DNA of 64,000 nt from Pyrinomonadaceae bacterium (GTDB taxonomy: Bacteria > Acidobacteriota > Blastocatellia > Pyrinomonadales > Pyrinomonadaceae). Positions 1 to 9,250 of this stretch are shown one piece after another. Numbering within the stretch: the stretch's first letter is position 1; every line of letters starts with the position of its first letter. Where the stretch lies: NCBI GenBank assembly GCA_019186825.1, contig JABARP010000007.1:15813-79812 (forward strand), read 5' to 3'. The position numbers and the translations under genes are program-made. The notes under the pieces are model-generated. The model was not told the DNA's origin. It saw nothing but the letters and a program-made list of their open reading frames with translations, and ran no database searches.

Positions 1-3000
1 CGCATTGCAAAACTTGACAGCGATGCCGCGACGCTTGGAAGCGTCAACATCGCCGGCGTTCGCTTGACGATAAAACAGGGAAGGGTCGAGAGCCGTTCGA
101 ATGACATCGATGCCGGGAATGTAGTGCTCAAGAACACTGCGGCACTCGCAAACGGCGGAAACCTCGACAACGTAAAACTTGCACGGCCGGTCTTTATTCT
201 CGAACCGTCCGGACGCTATCGGGCTTCGGCGGATATGAGCATCGGCGGCGGTGTGTTGGGCAGCATCGCCCTCGGCAATGGTACGGCAAAGGTCGTGGCT
301 ACAAACGACCGCGTGGATCTCACGGATCTGCACGCCGCCGTGATGGACGGCAGCCTTGACGGACACGTCTCCATCGCTCTCGATAAAAAAGGCAATTCGG
401 CGATCGACACATACTTTACGAATCTCGATCTTTCGAAGCTCGCGGCGATGCAGAGCGGGCGTGTGATCACGCTCAACGGCAATACCGACGGCAACGCGCA
501 TCTGACCTTCCCGGGCACGAATTTCCGTGCGGCGAGCGGTACCGTACAAGCCACGATCGCTGCGACAGCAGGCTCGGAGCAGAATGGCTCTCTTCCTATC
601 AACGGCCGCATCGACCTTGCGGCGGCGAACGGCCTGTTCCGCATCAACGAAGCAGAATTGCACACGGATAAAAGCCGGCTCGACGCGACGGGGCAATTCG
701 ACCTGTCTGCGGACGATTCTGCCCTCGCCGTAAAGCTCGCTTCGTCCGACGCGTCCGAGATCACAAAGCTCATACGCATCACCGGTGCCTTGCCCGAACT
801 CGAACGCCAGCTTGACGATATGCAGGCGGAGATCGGCGGCGATCTCGCATTCAACGGCGAGTTGACGGGCAATCTTCTCGATCCTGACATAAACGGAAAA
901 GCGTCGATCGGGAGCGTCGCCTTGCGTGGACGTCCGCTCGGCAGCGTCTCTTCCGATCTCGTCGTTTCAACGGACGGCTTTAAGCTCGAGAACGGCAGGC
1001 TGAGCGAACCCGGCGGGGGCTTCGCGAAGTTCGACATCACGATCCCGGCCTACGGCGTCAATAACACGACCGTCAACGCGGAGCTTACGAACATAAACGC
1101 GGGCAATCTGCTTGCCGCACTGCCGATCGATCTGCCTGCACGCATCAAAGATCTGAGCGGAAACACTTCGGGCAGCGTCAACATCTCGGGCCTGCCGAAC
1201 GCCGCGGCCGGCAGCATCGACCTTTCGGCAGACAACGGCCTCGTCGCCGGGCAAAATTTTGATTCGTTAAAGGCAAAGGCAGTCTTTGCCGGAACTGCGA
1301 TCAACGTGCAGGACGTCGAGATGAATATCGGCTCGGGCCGCCTGACGGCGGTCGGAAAATACGACCGCGGCTCGAAGGATTTTGACGCGAACATCACGGG
1401 CAAGGATATTCCCGTTCCGCTCGTTCTCGCATTTTTGCCGCCGAATGAATCTATTCCCGCGATCACCGGCAACGCGGATGTTTCGCTCGTTGCAAGCGGC
1501 AACGCCGACCGATTCTCGACCGTGAATGTTACCGGAACCGGCACGGCCGCGGACGTTGTCGTCGGCGACAGCCCGATCGGGACGGTGAATTTTGACGCAA
1601 AGACCGTGAGCGGAATTCTTACCGCGAACCTGACGGCGGATTTCAGCGGACATCCTCAATCGCTGAACGCAACGCTGGATCTTACGAACGACGACCTTCC
1701 GCTGACGGCTTCGACCGAGTTTCGGGATAACCCGCTCGAACCTTTCCTTGCCTTTATCCCGAAAGTTCGCGATTTTGGCATCACCGGCACTGCCCGCGGC
1801 CGCATCGATTTTGGCGGGAATCTTAGTCCGCTCCGCGCCGACGGGACTCGTGCGATCTCGGCAGAGAACCTTTCGGGAACCGCGCGGTTCGATGCCCTTT
1901 CGCTGCAGATACAGGACACCCCGTTGAATGCCGCCGAGCCGATCGTCGCAAAATTGAGCGCGTCGGCGGTTACGTTCGAGAGCGCTCATTTCACCGGCGC
2001 GGGTTCCGACATCCGCATAACGGGCACGAAGGCGATCTCCGACACGGTCGAGAACAGGCTTGCGGTCGAGGGCAAGATGAACCTCGCCCTTCTGAATCTC
2101 GCAGCGAAAGACCTTTTCTTCGCGGGGAATGCGGATGTTTCTGTTCGTCTCGTAGGACTCAATCCGCAAGCGAACCTTACCGGTTCAGTTGCGACCGAGA
2201 ATGCGGCATTCGCTGCGTTTGTCGGCAACGATCGCCTGACATTCAGCCGCATAAAGACACGCATCTTGTTCACATCCGATCAGGCGGAGATCGAGCAGGC
2301 GTCAGGCTACCTCGGCGGCGGAAAGTTCACGGCCGCCGGCGGAGCGTTGCTCGACGGCTTATCGATCCGCAATTTCAGGGCAACGCTTAACGGAGAGAAT
2401 ATTACCGTTCCGTTTCCCGAAGATTTCTTGACCACGGGCGATGCTCGGCTCGAGATCATCGGCCTGCGACGTGCGGCCGGCGATCCGCTGCAGACAACGA
2501 TCTCCGGCCGCGTATATGCAAGCCGCAGCTTATACACGAAGGACATCGACCTTGCGAACATTATCGGTGCACGCCGGGCGCGTTCGCTTTCTGCGGGCCC
2601 GAGCTCGATGACGGCACCGCGATTCGATCTCGTGATCGAGGGCCGCAATGCACTCGTTGTCCGCAACAATATCGCCGATCTTACGGCATCAGTTTCGCTG
2701 AACCTGACGGGCGATACCGAGAATCCGATCCTCTACGGCAGGATCGTTGCGAACGGAGGAACGCTGCTCTATCGCCGTGACCGTTACGAGATACAACGCG
2801 GCGTGCTGGAATTCCCGCCCGACACGTTCATCGAGCCCGTTGTGAACCTACAGGCTGAGACCGAGATCAACGGCTATCAAATATTTATTTCATTGAACGG
2901 GCCGCTCAACGACACAGAACAGGTGACGGCGTCTGTCCGTTCGAGCCCGGCTTTGCCGCAGGCCGACATCGTTTCGCTTATTACGACAGGTTCGCTCACG

Positions 3001-3384
3001 AATTCTGCGGGCGGCATACCGACGCTTGCCCAAACGGGCATCCGAACCGCGGCCGAGATCCTCGCCGATGCGGTCATAAACAACCCTGCGCGGAAGGCGA
3101 CCGATAAGCTCTTTGGGCTCAACGTATTCGAGATCGATCCGATACTTACAGGAGAACAGCTCAATCCGGGAGCGCGTCTTACCGTCGGGCGACAGATCAA
3201 TAACAACCTGCGCGTAACTTACGCAACGAATCTCTCGCAGGACCAGAATCAGGTGCTTGCTTTCGAATATCGCGTGTCGAACAAGCTGTCGTTCGTTGCG
3301 CAATACGAACAGCGTTCGCTTACGAACGTTACGCGGAACAGAGATAATTTTAGTTTTGAAATAAGATTTAAGAGACGGTTTTAG
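1..3384 (+). CDS. tamB: TamB-like translocation and assembly module protein, 5' end cut by the window edge
   Basis: Frame 1 has no stop from base 1 up to the TTG at 64 listed in the ORF track, so the gene begins upstream of the window. It encodes over 1100 aa of Gly/Asn/Thr/Ala-rich beta-type sequence. The C-terminus is DUF490-like (LTVGRQINNNLRVTYATNLSQDQNQVLAFEYRVSNKLSFVAQYEQR...FEIRFKRRF). The stop is at 3382-3384, 8 nt before the Omp85 gene. Confidence 0.8.
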   Translation, partial: RIAKLDSDAATLGSVNIAGVRLTIKQGRVESRSNDIDAGNVVLKNTAALANGGNLDNVKLARPVFILEPSGRYRASADMSIGGGVLGSIALGNGTAKVVATNDRVDLTDLHAAVMDGSLDGHVSIALDKKGNSAIDTYFTNLDLSKLAAMQSGRVITLNGNTDGNAHLTFPGTNFRAASGTVQATIAATAGSEQNGSLPINGRIDLAAANGLFRINEAELHTDKSRLDATGQFDLSADDSALAVKLASSDASEITKLIRITGALPELERQLDDMQAEIGGDLAFNGELTGNLLDPDINGKASIGSVALRGRPLGSVSSDLVVSTDGFKLENGRLSEPGGGFAKFDITIPAYGVNNTTVNAELTNINAGNLLAALPIDLPARIKDLSGNTSGSVNISGLPNAAAGSIDLSADNGLVAGQNFDSLKAKAVFAGTAINVQDVEMNIGSGRLTAVGKYDRGSKDFDANITGKDIPVPLVLAFLPPNESIPAITGNADVSLVASGNADRFSTVNVTGTGTAADVVVGDSPIGTVNFDAKTVSGILTANLTADFSGHPQSLNATLDLTNDDLPLTASTEFRDNPLEPFLAFIPKVRDFGITGTARGRIDFGGNLSPLRADGTRAISAENLSGTARFDALSLQIQDTPLNAAEPIVAKLSASAVTFESAHFTGAGSDIRITGTKAISDTVENRLAVEGKMNLALLNLAAKDLFFAGNADVSVRLVGLNPQANLTGSVATENAAFAAFVGNDRLTFSRIKTRILFTSDQAEIEQASGYLGGGKFTAAGGALLDGLSIRNFRATLNGENITVPFPEDFLTTGDARLEIIGLRRAAGDPLQTTISGRVYASRSLYTKDIDLANIIGARRARSLSAGPSSMTAPRFDLVIEGRNALVVRNNIADLTASVSLNLTGDTENPILYGRIVANGGTLLYRRDRYEIQRGVLEFPPDTFIEPVVNLQAETEINGYQIFISLNGPLNDTEQVTASVRSSPALPQADIVSLITTGSLTNSAGGIPTLAQTGIRTAAEILADAVINNPARKATDKLFGLNVFEIDPILTGEQLNPGARLTVGRQINNNLRVTYATNLSQDQNQVLAFEYRVSNKLSFVAQYEQRSLTNVTRNRDNFSFEIRFKRRF

Positions 3385-3392
3385 AACGCTTT

Positions 3393-6300
3393 TTGAGAAG
3401 ATCGCATATCGCAAACAAATATTTGCTTCCGCGTATTGTGGCCGCGGTCGTTCTCATTGCATGCGTTTTTGCCGCTGCGGCGGTCGCACAATCTTCTGAG
3501 TTCGAAGGTAAGACGATCGGCGAGGTAAAGATCGTTGTCGATCCGCCGTATTCGAACGGTGCCGAGGATGAAGTCGCGCCGCTCGTCAAGGGTATGTCCG
3601 GCAAGCCGTACAATACCGTTCGCGTTCACGATAATATCCTGCAGATCTACAACAATCGGCCCGTAGTTTCGGTCGAGGTCGCTGCTGCTTTGCGTGGTGA
3701 CCTTGTTGACCTTGAGTTCCGCGTAAAGCGAAAGGCAGTTCTCAACAAAGTACTGATAGAGGTAACTGAACCGAAAGGGAACGGCAGCAAGATCACGGAG
3801 CAGGAACTCCTTTTCAAGCTGAACATTCTCTCCTCCGGAACACCGATAACAGAGCAGATCCTGCGCAACAACGCCGACATTATGCTCGACTATTTGCGTG
3901 AGCAGGGCTATTACAAAGCTGAGGTCGCGTTCGACGAGCAGAAGGTCGCAGGTATTGACGAGGTGAACGTCGTCTTTCACGTTACCTTGAACGAACAGGC
4001 CGTGGTCAACACCTTTTCGATCAACATCGAAGGGCTTACAACGCCGATCGACCAAAGGAAGTTGTCGCTCGAACCAGGCGAAGGGTTCACGCGCGATCGA
4101 CTCCGAAATGACGTCGAAGAAGTGCGTTCCATTCTTCGCGAAGGTGATCTCATCGCACCGCGCCTCTACGAACCGCGTGTCGTTTACGATCCGGAGGCCA
4201 ACAAGGTCGATATCGAATTGACCGGCTCCAAAGGGCCGAAGGTGAAGATCGTGATCGACCCTGAGACCGACAAGCCAAGCTCGCGGACCTTGAACAAGAT
4301 CTTGCCTGTCAAACGGGAAGGGACACTCGATTTTGCCGCGATCGTCGAGGGCGAACGGCGGCTTGAGAACTACTATCAAGAGCACGGCTATTTCTTCGTA
4401 GACGTTACACCTGTGTGTTCGGTCGAGCCGGAGATCGTCGAGGGCGATGGAACAAAACTCCCGAACGGCACCGAATTCGTTTGCTCGTCGCTTGCGACCA
4501 ACGAATTGCTCGGCCGAGATATCGAGGTCAAATATAACGTTGCGTTGAGCCGCAAGCTTCGCCTCCGCTCGATCCGCATTCGCGGCACCGACAAGTTGAC
4601 ATACGAGGACGTGAGCACCGTCCTGAACTCGCAAGAAGCGAATGTCCTCGGCATCATACCGCTATTCGGCTACGGACGCGGCGTGACCAGTGCGGATACG
4701 CTCGAACAGGATGCATCGACGATCCGCTCGTTGATGAACGAACTCGGTTATCGGGACGCGACAGTGAGCGTACTGCAGGGTGTCTCTCCGAACAGCGACG
4801 ATCTGATCATCACGTTTCAGGTCGATGAAGGCCCGCCGACGGTGGTTGACGCCGTAACGATCTCGGGAAATACCGCGATCCCGACCGACGAACTGGAGAA
4901 GCAATTGCCCGAATTAAAAGGCCGGAATTATTCGCGTGCACGCGTGCGGAATGCCGTGCGTGCGCTTCAAACGTATTACGCGGACAAGGGCTATTATGAC
5001 GCCCGCATTACCTCCTCGATCGTCGAACCAAAAACGCCTGCTTCAACCGACGTCGAGAATGTGCAGGTCGAGTTTCAGATCGAGCGGGAAGGCCGCCCGG
5101 TCGTGATCGACCGCGTTTTGATCACCGGCAATCAAAAAACAAAAGAGCATGCGATACGGCGTGCGATCGCACTCGAGCCCGGCAAACTGCTGAAGACTTC
5201 CGATATCTACTCAAGCGAGCAGAACCTTTTCGGCACTGACGCGTTCGACAGCGTGAACGTAAAACTTCAACGTGCGGGCCGTAACACTGACGGATCCCGC
5301 AGCACCGACGTCATCATAAATGTTAGCGAGGCCCCGCCGCGTGTACTTAAATACGGCGGCGGTTTTTCGACCGACCTCGGCGTGAACGGCTTCGTTGATA
5401 TTCGACACGTTAACTTGTTCGGCAGGCTTTGGCAGGGCGGGGCCCGCTTGAGAATGAGCCGCCGGCAGCAGCTCGTACAGCTCGATTTCATCCATCCGCG
5501 TTTTCTGCACGACCGCGAAGGGCGATTCAGCCCGCTCACGATAACGGCTCAGTATCAGCGTGATTCGACGGTTACCAGGTTTTTCCGCTCGGCCTTTGAT
5601 AAGGGAACTTTCGGCATTGTCCAGCGGCTCGATGAGAATGGCGACCCGATCGACGAATTCGGCAACGCGACCGGCAGCCCGACGCTTCACCGCCTCACGT
5701 TCACCGTCGAGACGAACAAGACGCTGAGCGTAAAGAACCGCAGTTTGATCTTCGCGCGATTCAAGTTCGAGGACGTTCGTCTGATGAACTTCGAGAGTTT
5801 GCTTGTGCGCGAGCTTCTGCGGCCGGATTCGCGCATCCGAACGTCCGGCTTCTCATTCACATATGTCCGCGATACGCGGCAGAATTGCCAGATACAATAT
5901 TCGCTTCTCGAAACGATCGCAAAAGGCGAACCCGGCGACCGCTGCCGCTACAACGCGAGCGACCCGACCAACGGCAGCTACATTACGGCGCAATACGATC
6001 TTTCCGCACCGCTTCTTGGCGCCAACATCGGCTTTCAGAAATTTCAGGCAAGCTATAACTTTTATTATTCCGTCCCGAAGATCCGTCGGATGACGCTTGC
6101 GGCCCGTGCGATCATCGGGCTTGCACACGTTTTTGCGAACGGCAACCGATTTTCGAACTCACAGTTTCCGGGCCTCGATGGGATCTTGCCGATCAGCGAA
6201 CGCTTTTTTGCCGGCGGCTCGACGACCTTGCGCGGATTCGATTTCGAAGAGGCCGGTCCGCGTGCGGTCGTCGTTCCGCAGGGAACTTTCCGCGATAGCG

Positions 6301-6692
6301 AAGGAAACCAGGTTTACCTCGACCCGTTCACGCTGCCGTTCGGCGGCAACGCCCTGGCGGTTGTCAATATCGAGGCTCGCATCCCACTTTCTAAGTCGGT
6401 ACGTGCGGTTCCTTTCTACGACGGCGGCAACGTTTTCAGACGTGTCGGCGATATTTTTAATCCACCGAAGACGATCGGCTCGACCGCGTTCGAGGCGAAT
6501 TTGCGTGCCCTTTGGACGAATACTGTCGGCCTCGGGCTTCGGTTAAAAACGCCGATCGGCGGCGAGTTCGGGATCGATTACGGCTATCTGCTGAATCCGC
6601 CGCGATTCCGCATTCCGCAAACGGTCGGCCCCGACGCCTACTACCGTCTGCGTCAGGGCCATATCCATTTCAGATTTTCACAAGCCTTTTAG
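3393..6692 (+). CDS. bamA: Omp85-family outer membrane protein assembly factor (BamA/TamA-like) with multiple POTRA domains
   Basis: 1099-aa ORF with an N-terminal signal-like segment (LPRIVAAVVLIACVFAAAAVAQS). It has repeated POTRA-like units (e.g. VDAVTISGNTAIPTDELEKQL, IDRVLITGNQKTKEHAIRRAI). The C-terminal beta-barrel carries the RGF motif (FFAGGSTTLRGFDFEEAGP) and ends in the aromatic residue F (HFRFSQAF). The TTG start at 3393 is uncertain. Confidence 0.8.
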   Translation: MRRSHIANKYLLPRIVAAVVLIACVFAAAAVAQSSEFEGKTIGEVKIVVDPPYSNGAEDEVAPLVKGMSGKPYNTVRVHDNILQIYNNRPVVSVEVAAALRGDLVDLEFRVKRKAVLNKVLIEVTEPKGNGSKITEQELLFKLNILSSGTPITEQILRNNADIMLDYLREQGYYKAEVAFDEQKVAGIDEVNVVFHVTLNEQAVVNTFSINIEGLTTPIDQRKLSLEPGEGFTRDRLRNDVEEVRSILREGDLIAPRLYEPRVVYDPEANKVDIELTGSKGPKVKIVIDPETDKPSSRTLNKILPVKREGTLDFAAIVEGERRLENYYQEHGYFFVDVTPVCSVEPEIVEGDGTKLPNGTEFVCSSLATNELLGRDIEVKYNVALSRKLRLRSIRIRGTDKLTYEDVSTVLNSQEANVLGIIPLFGYGRGVTSADTLEQDASTIRSLMNELGYRDATVSVLQGVSPNSDDLIITFQVDEGPPTVVDAVTISGNTAIPTDELEKQLPELKGRNYSRARVRNAVRALQTYYADKGYYDARITSSIVEPKTPASTDVENVQVEFQIEREGRPVVIDRVLITGNQKTKEHAIRRAIALEPGKLLKTSDIYSSEQNLFGTDAFDSVNVKLQRAGRNTDGSRSTDVIINVSEAPPRVLKYGGGFSTDLGVNGFVDIRHVNLFGRLWQGGARLRMSRRQQLVQLDFIHPRFLHDREGRFSPLTITAQYQRDSTVTRFFRSAFDKGTFGIVQRLDENGDPIDEFGNATGSPTLHRLTFTVETNKTLSVKNRSLIFARFKFEDVRLMNFESLLVRELLRPDSRIRTSGFSFTYVRDTRQNCQIQYSLLETIAKGEPGDRCRYNASDPTNGSYITAQYDLSAPLLGANIGFQKFQASYNFYYSVPKIRRMTLAARAIIGLAHVFANGNRFSNSQFPGLDGILPISERFFAGGSTTLRGFDFEEAGPRAVVVPQGTFRDSEGNQVYLDPFTLPFGGNALAVVNIEARIPLSKSVRAVPFYDGGNVFRRVGDIFNPPKTIGSTAFEANLRALWTNTVGLGLRLKTPIGGEFGIDYGYLLNPPRFRIPQTVGPDAYYRLRQGHIHFRFSQAF

Positions 6693-8668
6693 TTGACCGA
6701 ATCGATAAGAACCGCCGATTCGTCCAGCTCGAGGATCAAACCGCCGGGAGCGGCCACGGGGAGTTTTGCGAGTGCCGAGCGGAGGTGGTCGAATTCAGGA
6801 GCCTTCGTGTCGCGCATCAGCTCAAGATTCTTCCTGTCGCTCTTTCTACGGTACATTGCGCGATCGGCTGCGACGACGAGCTGATCGAGCGATTCGCCCT
6901 TTTGCGGATACGCCGCGGCCCCGACGCTTACGCCGACCGAGGCATACCGTTCGCTCCCCTTTACCTCAAGGCGAAATTCACGCACGGCATTCTCGATACG
7001 CTCAGAGACCTCTGCGACCTCGCCGTCCGTCATCTCAGGAACGATGGCAATGAATTCGTCGCCTCCGTATCGAGCAAGGAAGTCGTATTCTCGAAGCTGC
7101 GAAAGGATGACCTCGCCGATCTCGCGCAGCATTTGATCGCCGACCTTGTGCCCGAAGCTGTCGTTCACACCCTTGAAGCCATCGAGGTCGAGCATTATCA
7201 GCTGGAAGGTCGAATTGCCGCGATCGGCGCGTGCCACCTCGCGTTCGAACTGCATCTGCAGGCTTCGCGCATTCGGAAGGCCCGTCATCGGATCTGTCAT
7301 CGCGTGTGCACGCGTGCGGGCATGTGCCTGCAGCTTTTCGATCGCACGGGCTGCGATGTTGGCGACCGTCGTCAGCACGCGTATGTGTTCATCCTCATAC
7401 GCATCGATCGCCGACGTGTAGATCGAAAGCGCTCCGACCGGGCCGCCGTCGGAAACAAGCGGCAGGCTCGCCATCGTTCGATACTCCTGGATCAGGTCAA
7501 GCTGCGAAAGCGAGAAATCGAGGTCAGGATTCACGTTGACGACCGGTTCGAGATTCTTGAGCACAAAGCCGGTCGCGCCTTCGCCGGGACGTATTCGTTT
7601 TGAGAGGAATACGTCGGCGTTCTGGCCGGTGACTTCTGCTGCTGAGGCGTACTCGCGGCTCTCGTTCAGCAAGAAAACCGCACAAGTGTCCGTTGGTACA
7701 AGCTGACTGACCTTCTTTGCGAAGAGTTTGAGCATTGCGCCGAGGCTGTCCGATTCGCCGAATTCGCGGACGAGTTCGAACAGGGCGAAAACCTCGCGGT
7801 TTGCCGACTGTATGCGTTCGACGTACGTCTTGCCTTCGATCGTCTTCTGATGTGTGATCTCCTCTTTCGGATAGTCCACGCCGGCAGCTGCGATCTCGAC
7901 CTCGAATTTCGTGAGGTTCTTCAAGAAAATGTGAACGGCCTCAGGATCGAACCGCGTGCCCGCTGCATTCGCGATATGCTGGCGTGCCTCTTCGCGTGAC
8001 ATCGGCTTGCGGTAAGGCCTTTCGCTGCGAAGTGCATCATAGGTATCGGCGATCGCGAGAATGCGTGCCCCAAGCGGGATGCGGTTGCCCTTCAGGCCGC
8101 TCGGATACCCGGCTCCATCCCACGATTCATGGTGATAGCGAACGATCGGAACAACAGGATATGGAAAGTCGATCTCTTCAAGGATCGAAGCGCCGATCGT
8201 GCAGTGTGTTTTTGCCTTTTCGAGTTCGGCAGGCGTCAGCTGGTCCGGCTTGCTGAGAATGTGATCCGGAACGGCAAGCTTTCCGATGTCGTGCAGGAGA
8301 GAACCGAGCCGAAGGGCGTCGAGCCGGTCACCCGTCAAGCCCATCGCGCGTCCAAGCCCAAGCGCATAGATCTGCGTGCGCCGTACGTGGCCCGTGCCGA
8401 TCTGGTCGCGTGCGTCGATCGCCGTTGCCAGGACCTCGACCGTCGTCTGATTCAGCTGGTTCGCCTGCTCGATCAGCTCGTTTCGTTTTTGCTGACCCGT
8501 ACTGTGGATCTTATATGCGGCGGCGACACAGGCGGCGACAGGGAACAATATCAATAGGAACGTTGCCCCGAATACGAGCAGGCCCGCAGCGATCGCCACA
8601 AAGGCAATTACACCGCAGGCAGTAAGGCTCAGCATCGAGCCCTTGTATCGTTTCTCAACGTCTTTCAT
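6689..8668 (-). CDS. Membrane-anchored HD-GYP / GAF / GGDEF hybrid c-di-GMP enzyme
   Basis: ATG at 8668 followed by two N-terminal hydrophobic helices. HD-GYP motifs are present (HDIGKLAVPDHIL, HHESWDGAGYPSGL). A central GAF-like region follows. The C-terminal GGDEF domain has an intact active site and I-site (REYDFLARYGGDEFIAIV). Confidence 0.85.
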   Translation of the reverse strand: MKDVEKRYKGSMLSLTACGVIAFVAIAAGLLVFGATFLLILFPVAACVAAAYKIHSTGQQKRNELIEQANQLNQTTVEVLATAIDARDQIGTGHVRRTQIYALGLGRAMGLTGDRLDALRLGSLLHDIGKLAVPDHILSKPDQLTPAELEKAKTHCTIGASILEEIDFPYPVVPIVRYHHESWDGAGYPSGLKGNRIPLGARILAIADTYDALRSERPYRKPMSREEARQHIANAAGTRFDPEAVHIFLKNLTKFEVEIAAAGVDYPKEEITHQKTIEGKTYVERIQSANREVFALFELVREFGESDSLGAMLKLFAKKVSQLVPTDTCAVFLLNESREYASAAEVTGQNADVFLSKRIRPGEGATGFVLKNLEPVVNVNPDLDFSLSQLDLIQEYRTMASLPLVSDGGPVGALSIYTSAIDAYEDEHIRVLTTVANIAARAIEKLQAHARTRAHAMTDPMTGLPNARSLQMQFEREVARADRGNSTFQLIMLDLDGFKGVNDSFGHKVGDQMLREIGEVILSQLREYDFLARYGGDEFIAIVPEMTDGEVAEVSERIENAVREFRLEVKGSERYASVGVSVGAAAYPQKGESLDQLVVAADRAMYRRKSDRKNLELMRDTKAPEFDHLRSALAKLPVAAPGGLILELDESAVLIDSVN

Positions 8669-8817
8669 GGCACTCGGGCCGGGGCTGATTCCCAGCGCCG
8701 ATAGCTTCTTAATTCAAGATGCGTGCCAAGACAAAAATTGCGCGATAAGTGTAGATATTTTCGAAGTTAGGGCCGATTCGCCGATGCCCTCAAGGTATTA
8801 AAGGCATCGGCCATATT

Positions 8818-8850
8818 CGGTCAATTTGAATTGTCTAGACGGTCAATTTG
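8818..8850. promoter_or_regulatory. Two 11-bp direct repeats CGGTCAATTTG spaced 22 bp start to start, upstream of the HD-GYP/GGDEF gene
   Basis: Exact copies at 8818-8828 and 8840-8850. On the minus strand each reads CAAATTGACCG and contains a TTGACC -35-like hexamer. A 9-bp-stem hairpin (GCCGATGCC 8780-8788 / GGCATCGGC 8803-8811) lies next to them. Confidence 0.35.
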
Positions 8851-8878
8851 GCGAAAAAGAGAGGGTCGCGTCCCAGGA

Positions 8879-9094
8879 TCAATACGAATCGTCGTCGTAT
8901 CCGAAATCATCGTGATAGTCGTCATCCATGTCCCGATCGTCATCGTCTTCTGAACGCAGATCGACCTCGACAGGATCGAGTCCGACGACAACAAGGTCAG
9001 AGCCGCATTCGTCGCAGGAAACCAGGTCGCCCTGCTCGGAATCGGCATCAACATAAACTTCTTCTTGGCACTCTGGGCAAATTGCAGTCGGCAT
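8879..9094 (-). CDS. LysW-like zinc-ribbon protein with an extended poly-acidic tail
   Basis: 71-aa ORF with ATG at 9094 and a GAGAGG Shine-Dalgarno-like element about 10 nt upstream. The N-terminal 40 aa (CPECQEEVYVDADSEQGDLVSCDECGSDLVVVGLDPVEVD) match the CPEC...C.DCG....VVGLDP pattern of the LysW/ArgW amino-group carrier. The tail is DLRSEDDDDRDMDDDYHDDFGYDDDSY and has no terminal EDWGE. Confidence 0.7.
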   Translation of the reverse strand: MPTAICPECQEEVYVDADSEQGDLVSCDECGSDLVVVGLDPVEVDLRSEDDDDRDMDDDYHDDFGYDDDSY

Positions 9095-9250
9095 TATAAT
9101 TCAACCTCTCAAAATGATAGCTTCTAAGCCGCGTAACACGCAGCAAAAATTGGTATTCTAAAACAATCTATCGCGCTCGATATATCTTTGCAAGACTCGC
9201 AATAACTTCGGCAGATCTTGTCCATCTTCGAGCAGAATTTTTCGTAAGAA

